DNA from: an uncultured Pseudomonadota bacterium
Lineage (GTDB): Bacteria; Pseudomonadota; Alphaproteobacteria; Rs-D84
DNA length: 64,000 nucleotides
Reading direction: 5' to 3'
Assembly: GCA_949283535.1 (NCBI GenBank)
Contig: CASDTC010000007.1
Span: 18,746-82,745, forward strand
Part shown: one piece after another, positions 19,929 to 28,408 of the stretch
Numbering within the stretch: the first letter of the stretch is position 1
Layout: each line of letters opens with the position of its first letter
Notes under the pieces: generated by a model
Told to the model about the DNA's origin: nothing
Databases searched by the model: none
What the model saw: only the letters and a program-made list of their open reading frames with translations
Made by a program: the position numbers and the translations under genes

Positions 19929-21061
19929 TGCGTATAAATATTAAATGTTTTGTTACATGTATTTTTGGTCTGTGCATAACAAATTCATTTGCCGCGAGAT
20001 GGGATGACCCCGGGGTTCAGCTGGCACAAAGAATTTCTGACAGAACATTCATAGATGGTCGTAGTGGTCAAATTGTCAGTATGCAAGGATATGATTTTAA
20101 TCAAACAAACGGTGGCACAACTGGCACAGGAACAACAGGCACAGGCGGCACCGGTGGTACAGGTACCGGAACAGGAACTGGCACTGGTACCAACACCGGC
20201 ACAAATACTGGCAACAGCACAAACAGAACCGGTAATCGAATTAACGCGCGTGGTGTTGCCAGTGGGGCGTTGGGTGCTGTTGGTGCTATTGGTGGTACAA
20301 TGGGCGTGATTGATTCTGCGTCGGGTTCTGGTGAACATTCATGGGGCGATGTATTACAGGGAACAATCAGTGGTGCCACTGCTGCGGCTGGAACCGCCGC
20401 CGTTGTTAATGCAATTCCTGGGGTGGGACAAATTGGGTACGGCATTGCACTTGCTGTTGGGGCCGTTGGCGGCGCAGCCATTTCTGGATCCCAATTATTT
20501 TCAGAAACAGATTGCTTGCATGACCCAGTCACCGGCTTATTCACATGTTGTCACACACAATTTAACCAGGGTGAACGTTATGCCGATATTGGCGATTACA
20601 TGTTTTGCGGTGTTGAACAAGCAGATGGTTCCGTAAACTTGATTAAACCCGGTGTTCGCCAATGCCTGCAAGGTGGTGAAGCAACTGCTGCATCATGGTG
20701 GGATGGATTATGGAAAGATGATTTTTGGCAACCCGAATGTGTTGTGCGTATTTGCGATAACACTGAACCACCGGCTGAATTCCCGGGATATATAGATTAC
20801 GAACCCGATACTACAAACATATGTTGGAATTGGGTATGTATTAACGGCTATGAACGCCAGGGTAATACATGTGTTGCAACGGGCGGCGGCTCAAATGGTG
20901 GCGGAAATTCGGGTGGCACCCAACCACCATCATCAGAATTACCAATTGACAGATATAATAAATTAATCAATCAAATCCAGACTGAACGTCAACGATTAAT
21001 ACAACAGTGCGGTCATATGCTGGGCAATACTGTAAATATAACATCGCCAACAACAAAATAA
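19928..21061 (+). CDS. secreted hypothetical protein with a Gly-Thr repeat, a glycine-zipper-like hydrophobic region and a Cys/Trp-rich C-domain
   Basis: The ATG at 19928 gives signal MRINIKCFVTCIFGLCITNSFA. This is followed by a GGTTGTGTTGTGGTGGTGTGTGTGTGTNTGTNTGN tract, then GALGAVGAIGG...GIALAVGAVGGAAISG, then a region with multiple Cys. Confidence 0.6.
   Translation: MRINIKCFVTCIFGLCITNSFAARWDDPGVQLAQRISDRTFIDGRSGQIVSMQGYDFNQTNGGTTGTGTTGTGGTGGTGTGTGTGTGTNTGTNTGNSTNRTGNRINARGVASGALGAVGAIGGTMGVIDSASGSGEHSWGDVLQGTISGATAAAGTAAVVNAIPGVGQIGYGIALAVGAVGGAAISGSQLFSETDCLHDPVTGLFTCCHTQFNQGERYADIGDYMFCGVEQADGSVNLIKPGVRQCLQGGEATAASWWDGLWKDDFWQPECVVRICDNTEPPAEFPGYIDYEPDTTNICWNWVCINGYERQGNTCVATGGGSNGGGNSGGTQPPSSELPIDRYNKLINQIQTERQRLIQQCGHMLGNTVNITSPTTK
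20111..20220 (+). repeat. imperfect (GGN-ACN)n coding repeat (Gly-Thr dipeptide tract)
   Basis: GGTGGCACAACTGGCACAGGAACAACAGGCACAGGCGGCACCGGTGGTACAGGTACCGGAACAGGAACTGGCACTGGTACC... Synonymous variation breaks up perfect DNA repeats. Confidence 0.8.
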
Positions 21062-22804
21062 ATGCAACAATTTTTAATTTCTTTTATATTTGCAACATGT
21101 GCGATATCCACCACATTTGGGGCAGATATGATGCCACCAACAGATATTCCCGTTGGTGCCGACTATGTTCCAATTTCGGAAATTCAAACCCGCACGCCCG
21201 ATGATACACAATGTGCCACGGGCGTATTTGCAAACGCACTGTCTGAAACCGTAAATACAGTATCTGAAACAGATGATGAAATAACAATTCGAAAATGGAT
21301 TTATGACGCATTCAGCGCGCCCGAAACACTAGAAAAAGTACTGGCATGTCCTGAAATCGCATCGGCGGCGGATGATGATACAATTACATTTTTACCAATT
21401 GAATATACTTTCCCTGGTGGGCGTCAAATCGTTGTAAATTATGAAACCCAGCCAAAAATACTGAAACAACGATTAACAATTGCCCAAAAACGCGAATTGC
21501 CATCTGACACAAACCCCAGTCCACAAATCGGCGCCCCCGATGATGCATCCGTTTGGACAAATACCGATCCGGCATGGTATGCAATAATGGTTGTTGAACA
21601 TGGCGCACTGGATGAATTTGTGGGACCGGACAAGAATAACACCATATCGCTGCAATGGATAAACGATAATATTGATACCATATATCCCCACGGTAACAGT
21701 TGCACCAGTAAAACCGCACTGGCGGGTGATAATGATATGGTGAATTTGGCGGGCAAGGCGACAGTAAACCTGGCAGACGACACAAATGATTACTATGTTG
21801 CGGGCGATGCAAACCTGCAATGGATATCATACCTGGAAATTGGATTGGATATCGCAATAACGGCGGCAACATTTGGGGGCGGGGCGGTTGTATTGGGTGC
21901 GACCAAGGCGGCCCGTGCATCACGCGCGTTAAAGAATCTGACAACAACAATGCGCGCCCTGCGTCAAACAGACGCGGTTCGTGATTATGTAAAAATTGCG
22001 AACCAATACGCCCGTGCGACACGCGAATTGCAAAATATTGATCGTGCAACAGATACTGCCAGACACGCCGCCAAACTGGACGAAGTCGAAAACCTGGCGC
22101 GCCAAATGCGCAACATGGAACGAAACAGCGCCCAGGTTCGCCAATATCGCCAGGCCAGTGATACTTTTTCATCACTAAATCAATATCGCCGCGCATTACG
22201 CAGTTTGCGTCCGGCACAGCGTGGAAACATTATGGCGCGCGCATGGCGTGCATTTCGTGCGGCAAATACTGGTGGCAAACAAATAAATCGCGCTGCCCGC
22301 ATCGCACGCAACAGTATGAAATCAGGACGCATACGCGACTGGCTGTTTCAATCAACACTCAGCAATGTTGGCGCATTGGCAAAAATGGAAGAGGCCGGCG
22401 GATTTATATACGGCGCATTAAATTTTGTTGGCGGCATGTACGATTGGACCGAAACCAGCACTGGGGAATTTACAAATGATATTGAATTTAAACCATTAAC
22501 ACTGTTGTCTGCCGATGATTTACAGGGTCAAGAAAATGTTGTAAATCATGGAATGTGGTTTATGTGGCAGGGGGATTCTGTCAGTGCGGCTGATGACGAT
22601 GCCGCATATCTGCAGGCAATGGATTTTGCCGATAAATTCCACTATAACCTGGAAGAAATTCAATCGGACAAAGACAATCATGCATGTAATGTTGATATAT
22701 ATGTCGTTCGCCCGATAATACGAAATCCTGGCACAGAAAGCGCTGAAATGTACTATTTGATAATGAATGACGAACCATGGACAACAAATAACAGCGACGA
22801 ATAA
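21062..22804 (+). CDS. hypothetical protein with a signal peptide, a central hydrophobic segment and an Arg-rich helical region
   Basis: The ATG comes immediately after the preceding TAA. Signal MQQFLISFIFATCAISTTFGA. Hydrophobic segment LDIAITAATFGGGAVVLGA, followed by a long R/A/N/Q-rich stretch (RASRALKNL...RAARIARNSMKSGRIRDW). Confidence 0.6.
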   Translation: MQQFLISFIFATCAISTTFGADMMPPTDIPVGADYVPISEIQTRTPDDTQCATGVFANALSETVNTVSETDDEITIRKWIYDAFSAPETLEKVLACPEIASAADDDTITFLPIEYTFPGGRQIVVNYETQPKILKQRLTIAQKRELPSDTNPSPQIGAPDDASVWTNTDPAWYAIMVVEHGALDEFVGPDKNNTISLQWINDNIDTIYPHGNSCTSKTALAGDNDMVNLAGKATVNLADDTNDYYVAGDANLQWISYLEIGLDIAITAATFGGGAVVLGATKAARASRALKNLTTTMRALRQTDAVRDYVKIANQYARATRELQNIDRATDTARHAAKLDEVENLARQMRNMERNSAQVRQYRQASDTFSSLNQYRRALRSLRPAQRGNIMARAWRAFRAANTGGKQINRAARIARNSMKSGRIRDWLFQSTLSNVGALAKMEEAGGFIYGALNFVGGMYDWTETSTGEFTNDIEFKPLTLLSADDLQGQENVVNHGMWFMWQGDSVSAADDDAAYLQAMDFADKFHYNLEEIQSDKDNHACNVDIYVVRPIIRNPGTESAEMYYLIMNDEPWTTNNSDE

Positions 22805-22864
22805 TTCCCCATTGTATTTTTCAAATTGAAAACATATAATAATAATGACAGGGGGCATAATATT

Positions 22865-23182
22865 ATGAAAAAAATATTATCATCATTATTAATCATCATG
22901 GCATTTGTTGGCGGCGCAAACGCATATCAATTATTATCATCCAAAGAATTGGGAAAAAATGATGCAAAGAATCAAACCGTTGTTGTAAAATGTACAACAG
23001 ACACAGGTAAAACATCAAACCAAACATGCACATTACGCCGATATGCAAAATGCACTGGCACCGGCAGTGATAAAAAGTGCAGCGGCTGGCAAGCATGGCA
23101 GGATCTGCGCAACCCCCGTAAACAATATTCTGATTGGCGCAGTGCGGCATCGGCATGTTGCCGCGCCAAGGGATTAAGATAA
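22865..23182 (+). CDS. small secreted Cys-rich protein
   Basis: AGGGGG SD before the ATG at 22865. Signal MKKILSSLLIIMAFVGGANA. The mature part of ~85 aa has 6 Cys. A hairpin terminator follows (about 23190-23217). Confidence 0.6.
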   Translation: MKKILSSLLIIMAFVGGANAYQLLSSKELGKNDAKNQTVVVKCTTDTGKTSNQTCTLRRYAKCTGTGSDKKCSGWQAWQDLRNPRKQYSDWRSAASACCRAKGLR

Positions 23183-23239
23183 AATTTTTATGCGTCTTGA
23201 TTTCAGGACGCATTTTTATAAAATTTATTCAGAAAAACA

Positions 23240-23269
23240 TTGACAAGAACGCCCAATTTGCGTTAGTAT
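23240..23269 (+). promoter_or_regulatory. sigma70-like promoter for the tRNA-Leu/tRNA-Val pair
   Basis: TTGACA, ~18-nt spacer, TAGTAT, about 25 nt before the tRNA-Leu 5' end. Confidence 0.5.
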
Positions 23270-23292
23270 ATCATGCATTGTAAGTCCAATAT

Positions 23293-23379
23293 GGGGATAT
23301 GGCGGAATGGTAGACGCTGAGGACTTAAAATCCTTTGGTTATTGCAACCGTGTGGGTTCAAGTCCCACTATCCCCACCA
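23293..23379 (+). tRNA. tRNA-Leu (anticodon UAA)
   Basis: GGGGATATGGCGGAATGGTAGACGC...GACTTAAAATC...long variable arm...GGGTTCAAGTCCCACTATCCCCACCA. Type II tRNA, encoded CCA. Confidence 0.9.
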
Positions 23380-23398
23380 CCTGATATTATGTGTTTGT

Positions 23399-23475
23399 GG
23401 ATGTGTAGCTCAGTTGGTTAGAGCGCTTCGTTCACATCGAAGAGGTCGTTGGTTCGAGTCCAATCACATCCACCA
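23399..23475 (+). tRNA. tRNA-Val (anticodon CAC)
   Basis: GGATGTGTAGCTCAGTTGGTTAGAGCGCTTCGTTCACATCGAAGAGGTCGTTGGTTCGAGTCCAATCACATCCACCA, followed by the terminator AAAAAATCCGCCATAATGGCGGATTTT. Confidence 0.9.
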
Positions 23476-23625
23476 TACAGTAAAAAATCCGCCATAATGG
23501 CGGATTTTAATACGGTTGAATTATCCAACTCTTTGTTGTTGCTGTAATTGAATTTATTCGTAAAAAAATATAGCGACACTATAAAAATAAAGCAATAAAA
23601 AACCGTCCATCGGACGGCATAATTT

Positions 23626-23701
23626 TGGTGGAGCTGATGGGACTCAAACCCACGACCTCTACGATGCGAACGTAGCGCTCTATCAACTGAGCTACAACCC
23701 C
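23626..23701 (-). tRNA. tRNA-Ala (anticodon CGC)
   Basis: Minus strand GGGGTTGTAGCTCAGTTGATAGAGCGCTACGTTCGCATCGTAGAGGTCGTGGGTTTGAGTCCCATCAGCTCCACCA. The G3:U70 alanine identity pair is present. A terminator hairpin (CCGTCC-ATCG-GACGG) lies downstream. Confidence 0.9.
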
Positions 23702-23706
23702 AAAAC

Positions 23707-23761
23707 TGGTGCGGATAAGAAGACCTGAAACTAGCGCGTCTACCAATTCCGCCATATCCGC
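23707..23761 (-). pseudogene. internally deleted tRNA-Leu(CAG)-like gene (55 nt)
   Basis: Minus strand GCGGATATGGCGGAATTGGTAGACGCGCTAGTTTCAGGTCTTCTTATCCGCACCA. It keeps the acceptor 5' and 3' strands, the D-arm and the 5' half of the anticodon arm (loop with CAG) plus ACCA. It lacks the 3' anticodon stem, the variable arm and the T-arm. Confidence 0.7.
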
Positions 23762-23771
23762 AGCGCTTGCT

Positions 23772-23800
23772 ATATTATCTTAACTTTGCATAATTTGCAA
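23772..23800 (-). promoter_or_regulatory. sigma70-like promoter driving the truncated tRNA-Leu and tRNA-Ala
   Basis: Minus strand TTGCAA, 17-nt spacer, TAATAT, about 10 nt before the 5' end of the truncated tRNA. Confidence 0.5.
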
Positions 23801-23808
23801 CAAGAAAA

Positions 23809-24411
23809 TCAATTTTGTTTTAAATCACATATATCATACCGTGCCAACGCGCGTTCTAATGCCCGTTCTGGCATAAACCAAATTGCCGCAACAAAAACAT
23901 ATATCCCCAGTGATACAAACGAATGAACAAACGCCAATGGGATTGCCACCAGAAACGCAATCATTGATACCTTTTCACGCCGCCCAGGGCGTAAAATACG
24001 CACCAACAACGCATCTGCATCATGAACTTTAAATAAAACCAATTCCAGTATCCTGTATGATGCAACAACCATGAACAGCGATACACCATATGCGGCAACA
24101 GGTACCGGTGAAATATGATTTTCGTCAACCCACGATGTAAAAAATGGTATCAGTGATAACCAGAATAAAAAATTCAAATTCGCCCACAGAACGGCACTGT
24201 TTATCCGCCGCGTTGCAGCCAACAAATGATGATGATTTATCCAAAAAATCGATCCGTATATAAAACTAAGCACATAACTTAAAAATACTGGTATCAACGG
24301 CACCAATGATGCCAGTGTGGCATCCGATGGGGCGTCTAATTCCAAAACCATAATTGTAATGACCACCGCAAACAGCCCATCACTGAACGCCTCTAGCCTT
24401 GACTTATTCAT
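23809..24411 (-). CDS. TMEM175/DUF1211-family potassium channel
   Basis: The N-terminal RLEAFSDGLFAVVITIMVLEL is the DUF1211 signature; six predicted TM helices; 200 aa. Confidence 0.8.
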   Translation of the reverse strand: MNKSRLEAFSDGLFAVVITIMVLELDAPSDATLASLVPLIPVFLSYVLSFIYGSIFWINHHHLLAATRRINSAVLWANLNFLFWLSLIPFFTSWVDENHISPVPVAAYGVSLFMVVASYRILELVLFKVHDADALLVRILRPGRREKVSMIAFLVAIPLAFVHSFVSLGIYVFVAAIWFMPERALERALARYDICDLKQN

Positions 24412-24544
24412 TTTTTATTCCTTTAACATCCATACACACTAACAAAATCACATATAAAAATCTGTGGGAAACAAATCTGATAAATTAAAAGTTTATAAAA
24501 AGTCTTGCCCTGAATTTTGCAAATTTGCTAATATTTAATCAGAG

Positions 24545-27193
24545 ATGAAAAAACTTTTATCTTTTTCATGTATTTTTGCAATTTGCATTGGCATTGCCAA
24601 CGCGGCTGTTCGTGATGAAAATGCCACGAATCGGTCTGGCGGTAATACAGTCAATAACACCGCCCAAAATGTATTACCCCGCGCGGCAACATCAACGAAA
24701 ACAGGTTCCGCCAACACCCGCGCCATAACATCACGCGGCACATCACAAACAATTGTTCCGCGTTCAAGCACACGCGCCACAGCATCACGAAACACCACAA
24801 CGCCAACTGAAACAACCACTGCACGAACAGCGGCAACCATTTCACGCAGTGGCACAACACAACGACCATCATCTGCCATAACGCGTCGCGCCACAGCACA
24901 ACCACAAACAATATCCCGTGCAGCAACAACCACCGCTGTCACAATGGCTGATACACAGATTGGCGCCGAATATGAACAGTGTAAAAGTGCATACTTCACA
25001 TGCATGGATCAGTTTTGCCAACTAAAAAACGATGACTATCGCCGTTGTTCGTGCAGCAATCGTGTATTTGATTTAACAGATATTCGCAACACCATGCAAG
25101 ATGCCAGTGACAGATTAACCGTATTTACCGAAAATCTGGATGTTGTTGGTATGACCGCGGAACAGGCAACCGCCATGAAAACCGCATCAGAAGGGGAAAA
25201 TGCATTAACCGCAGACACATCTGCATCCAAGGCATTATTACAGGCGATAATGAATTCTATCCGTGGCGATGACACAACCGTTGGCGGTAAATTCACAGAT
25301 TTAAACAGCATAAATTTATCATTTGATTCAACAAATGCATTTGGATTAACTGATGCAGGGCAAATTATTTCGACATACAACGGACAAAATTTATACAGCG
25401 CCGTATATCCACAATGTCGCGAAGCTGTTCGTGCCGACTGTACAGACGCCCAATTACAACGCGCCATAAACGCATACTTGATGGCAATTGAACAAGATTG
25501 TAATACTGTTGAAAGCGCACTGGAACAACAACAATCGGAAATGAAGGCAGCAGTACGGGAAAGCAGCGCAATGCTGGATTTGGCGCGCGTGGAAAATCGC
25601 CAAAAACATAATTCAGATGATATTGCAACATGCCTTGCAAATGTAGAGGCAGCAATCCTTAGCGAAGAAGTCTGCGGTGCAAATTATCATAAATGCCTGG
25701 ACAATGGTCAATTTATTGATGTTTCAACCGGCGCACCAATTGCGGGTGTTGAAAACTTTTATGAACTGGGAAATTTGTTAAAATTTGCCGACAATGTTGA
25801 TGCGGCAGACCAAAAATTATCAAAAATTTCATCAAATCGCGCATTCGTACAAAATTTTGAAAACCGTGTAAAAAAATTTGCCGAACCCGCACTGGATAAA
25901 TGTACGGAACAGGCGGACACAGTATGGTCTGAATACCTGGATAAGGCAATGCTGGACATATATTACGCCCAACAGTCCAAGGTTGCAGAAATTAAACAAG
26001 GATGTTTTGATTTTGTATCTGCATGCTATATGAACGGCGAAACAGCATTAACCGCGGCAATGGCGGAATTAACGGGCGATGACGCTGTTTTACTACAACC
26101 GGACAAGGTTACATTATCAACAGAAATGTGTCGTGATTATATTGATTCCTGCAACATGATGTTTTATGATCAAACAGGCGGTGAAAATATCGTCACAGAC
26201 TACATAAACAACCGTCAAGATACAGACACATTAACCGCATGCCGCGCGGTTGTACAACAATGCTTTGACAGTTTTGGTGGCAGTAATTATGAAAACTTTT
26301 ATTACCCATACAGCGGTCTATTTACCGCCGGCGAAGCGTTAAACTGGTTCACATTATACGAATATAATAATGGAAACATAGACATGACAAAACCCGTATC
26401 TGAATGCGCAAAGCAATTAATGGAAGTTTCATCATGTAATAACGCTGATATAATAAAGCAAGCATTTGGTGGCTTTGATTTGGTTCCTGTATCCGATGGT
26501 ATATATGGCGAAACAACTGTTTCCTATTTTGACGCAGCAAACGCCACCGGCGAAAAATACGGTACTTTACAAGACGACCCAACAGAAATTACAAAGCCTG
26601 ACCAATCAACAATAACCGCACGCATATTAAATCATCACACACCGCGACCAACCGGTGTTGCCACCGAAATATACAACCAAGTTGTTGATATTTTGACAAC
26701 ACAATGCACCAACGTCCAGGGCAGATTTGTAGAATATCAATTTATAAAAAATGCATATAATCCAACAAATTTCTGCTTAGCGAAATTTGACAATTCAGAA
26801 TATGACCAGGATGGTATAAATATTGGAGATTACTATGGCGTTGCTGAAAATGAAGATATGTGTCCGCGCAATTATGGATTAAATGTCGACACACAATCAT
26901 GGGGCGCATGCTTATGCTGGGAAAATGGTGGGCGACGCAGCAAGTGGGGAACCAGTCCAAAATGCGTTGCTGCAATTCCTGTTGCCACTGGCGGCAAACC
27001 AGTAGATGATGCCGCATGTACTGGACAAACGCCAACAAAACACGATGATTCAACCCAGGTATCTTACTGGTGTACACAAACACCAACAAAAAACAACCAA
27101 GTCTGTCCATCAAATGGCGGAACAAATGTAAATGGTTTGTGCACTAACAAAGACGGAAATATTATCAAAGACCTGCCCGAAGGGCTGGAATAA
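24545..27193 (+). CDS. large secreted Cys-rich hypothetical protein (882 aa) with a Thr/Arg/Ser/Ala-rich N-terminal low-complexity region
   Basis: Signal MKKLLSFSCIFAICIGIANA. Residues ~25-140 are a T/R/S/A-rich tract. After that, many Cys in CxxC-like spacings (YEQCKSAYFTCMDQFCQLKNDDYRRCSCSNR ...). A TTGCCC-18-TAATAT promoter lies upstream and a terminator follows at about 27205-27245. Confidence 0.65.
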   Translation: MKKLLSFSCIFAICIGIANAAVRDENATNRSGGNTVNNTAQNVLPRAATSTKTGSANTRAITSRGTSQTIVPRSSTRATASRNTTTPTETTTARTAATISRSGTTQRPSSAITRRATAQPQTISRAATTTAVTMADTQIGAEYEQCKSAYFTCMDQFCQLKNDDYRRCSCSNRVFDLTDIRNTMQDASDRLTVFTENLDVVGMTAEQATAMKTASEGENALTADTSASKALLQAIMNSIRGDDTTVGGKFTDLNSINLSFDSTNAFGLTDAGQIISTYNGQNLYSAVYPQCREAVRADCTDAQLQRAINAYLMAIEQDCNTVESALEQQQSEMKAAVRESSAMLDLARVENRQKHNSDDIATCLANVEAAILSEEVCGANYHKCLDNGQFIDVSTGAPIAGVENFYELGNLLKFADNVDAADQKLSKISSNRAFVQNFENRVKKFAEPALDKCTEQADTVWSEYLDKAMLDIYYAQQSKVAEIKQGCFDFVSACYMNGETALTAAMAELTGDDAVLLQPDKVTLSTEMCRDYIDSCNMMFYDQTGGENIVTDYINNRQDTDTLTACRAVVQQCFDSFGGSNYENFYYPYSGLFTAGEALNWFTLYEYNNGNIDMTKPVSECAKQLMEVSSCNNADIIKQAFGGFDLVPVSDGIYGETTVSYFDAANATGEKYGTLQDDPTEITKPDQSTITARILNHHTPRPTGVATEIYNQVVDILTTQCTNVQGRFVEYQFIKNAYNPTNFCLAKFDNSEYDQDGINIGDYYGVAENEDMCPRNYGLNVDTQSWGACLCWENGGRRSKWGTSPKCVAAIPVATGGKPVDDAACTGQTPTKHDDSTQVSYWCTQTPTKNNQVCPSNGGTNVNGLCTNKDGNIIKDLPEGLE

Positions 27194-27250
27194 TATGACA
27201 TAAATAAAAAACTGCCGATTGTTAAACAGCGACAGTTTTTTATTATCTAA

Positions 27251-28408
27251 TTACTCATATTTATTAACTGTATTGCGAATGGATTCTGCAATCAATGTAC
27301 ATGGTGCACCATCTGGGCGTCGCCATAAATCATCCGCCATATGCAGTTCATTAATCATTTTTTCACGTACAGACGGTATTGTCAGTTGCTGAACCGCATT
27401 TAAAACATTTTCTGCGGTTGCATTTGTCCCCAAAAATTCTGGATAAACGCCACGATTTAACAAAATGTTAACCAATGAGACCCAATTAACCCGAATAACC
27501 TGGCGAACCAACCATGTTGTTATCGGATTCATTTTATATATAACAATTGCAGGAATATGTAACATTGCCAATTCTGCTGATACGGTACCACTGGCAACAA
27601 TGGCAATATATGTATTTGCATAAATATCATATCGTTGTGATGATGATACCAAATCCGGTCTAACCCGCCAATGTTTTACATGTTCTTGAACATATTCTGC
27701 TGTTGTTTCAACTGTTGGTATAACAAATTTATACCCCACATATCCATTTGCCGCCAACTGTTCGGCAACATTACGAAATATTGGCATCAGTCTTTTTACC
27801 TCTGACATCCTGCTGCCAGGAACCAGTGTTATTATTTTTTCGCCACATTGCTGTTTTTTACGCGGGGCGGGGCGGTTAATTAATCCATCTGCGATTGGAT
27901 GCCCAACTGCAACCGTATCCAACCCATATCTTGTAAAATACGGTATTTCAAAATCAAAAAACGCGTACAATTTATCAAATGTTTTGGCATATTTTTTTGC
28001 CCGTCCGGCGCGCCACGCCCAAACCTGTGGGGCAACAACATGGTGAAATTTTAATCCATTTCTAATTAATTTTTCGCCTGCCGGAACATGTCGTATTTGC
28101 TTTATAACACTGCGCGCGAAGCCTGGTGCGTCAATTGTCAAAACAATATCTGGGCGTGCTGATATTATCGCATTCACAGTTTGATTAATGCGCCGCGTCA
28201 ATGTGCGCGCATGTGCCAAAACCTCTATAACCCCCATAACTGCTAAATCTGACATTGGGAACAGCGAATTCAATCCTGCGGCAATCATATTTTCGCCACC
28301 AATTCCGATAAATTCTGCATCTGGCATTTCGCGTATTATACGCGCGCCCAAAACATCGCCCGATACTTCCCCCGCAATAATAAATATTTTGATTTTCTTA
28401 TTCCGCAT
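27251..28408 (-). CDS. lpxB: lipid-A-disaccharide synthase
   Basis: From the ATG at 28408: MRNKKIKIFIIAGEVSGDVLGARII..., the LpxB N-terminal signature, with GT-B fold length. Overlaps the lpxA stop by 11 nt. Confidence 0.9.
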   Translation of the reverse strand: MRNKKIKIFIIAGEVSGDVLGARIIREMPDAEFIGIGGENMIAAGLNSLFPMSDLAVMGVIEVLAHARTLTRRINQTVNAIISARPDIVLTIDAPGFARSVIKQIRHVPAGEKLIRNGLKFHHVVAPQVWAWRAGRAKKYAKTFDKLYAFFDFEIPYFTRYGLDTVAVGHPIADGLINRPAPRKKQQCGEKIITLVPGSRMSEVKRLMPIFRNVAEQLAANGYVGYKFVIPTVETTAEYVQEHVKHWRVRPDLVSSSQRYDIYANTYIAIVASGTVSAELAMLHIPAIVIYKMNPITTWLVRQVIRVNWVSLVNILLNRGVYPEFLGTNATAENVLNAVQQLTIPSVREKMINELHMADDLWRRPDGAPCTLIAESIRNTVNKYE

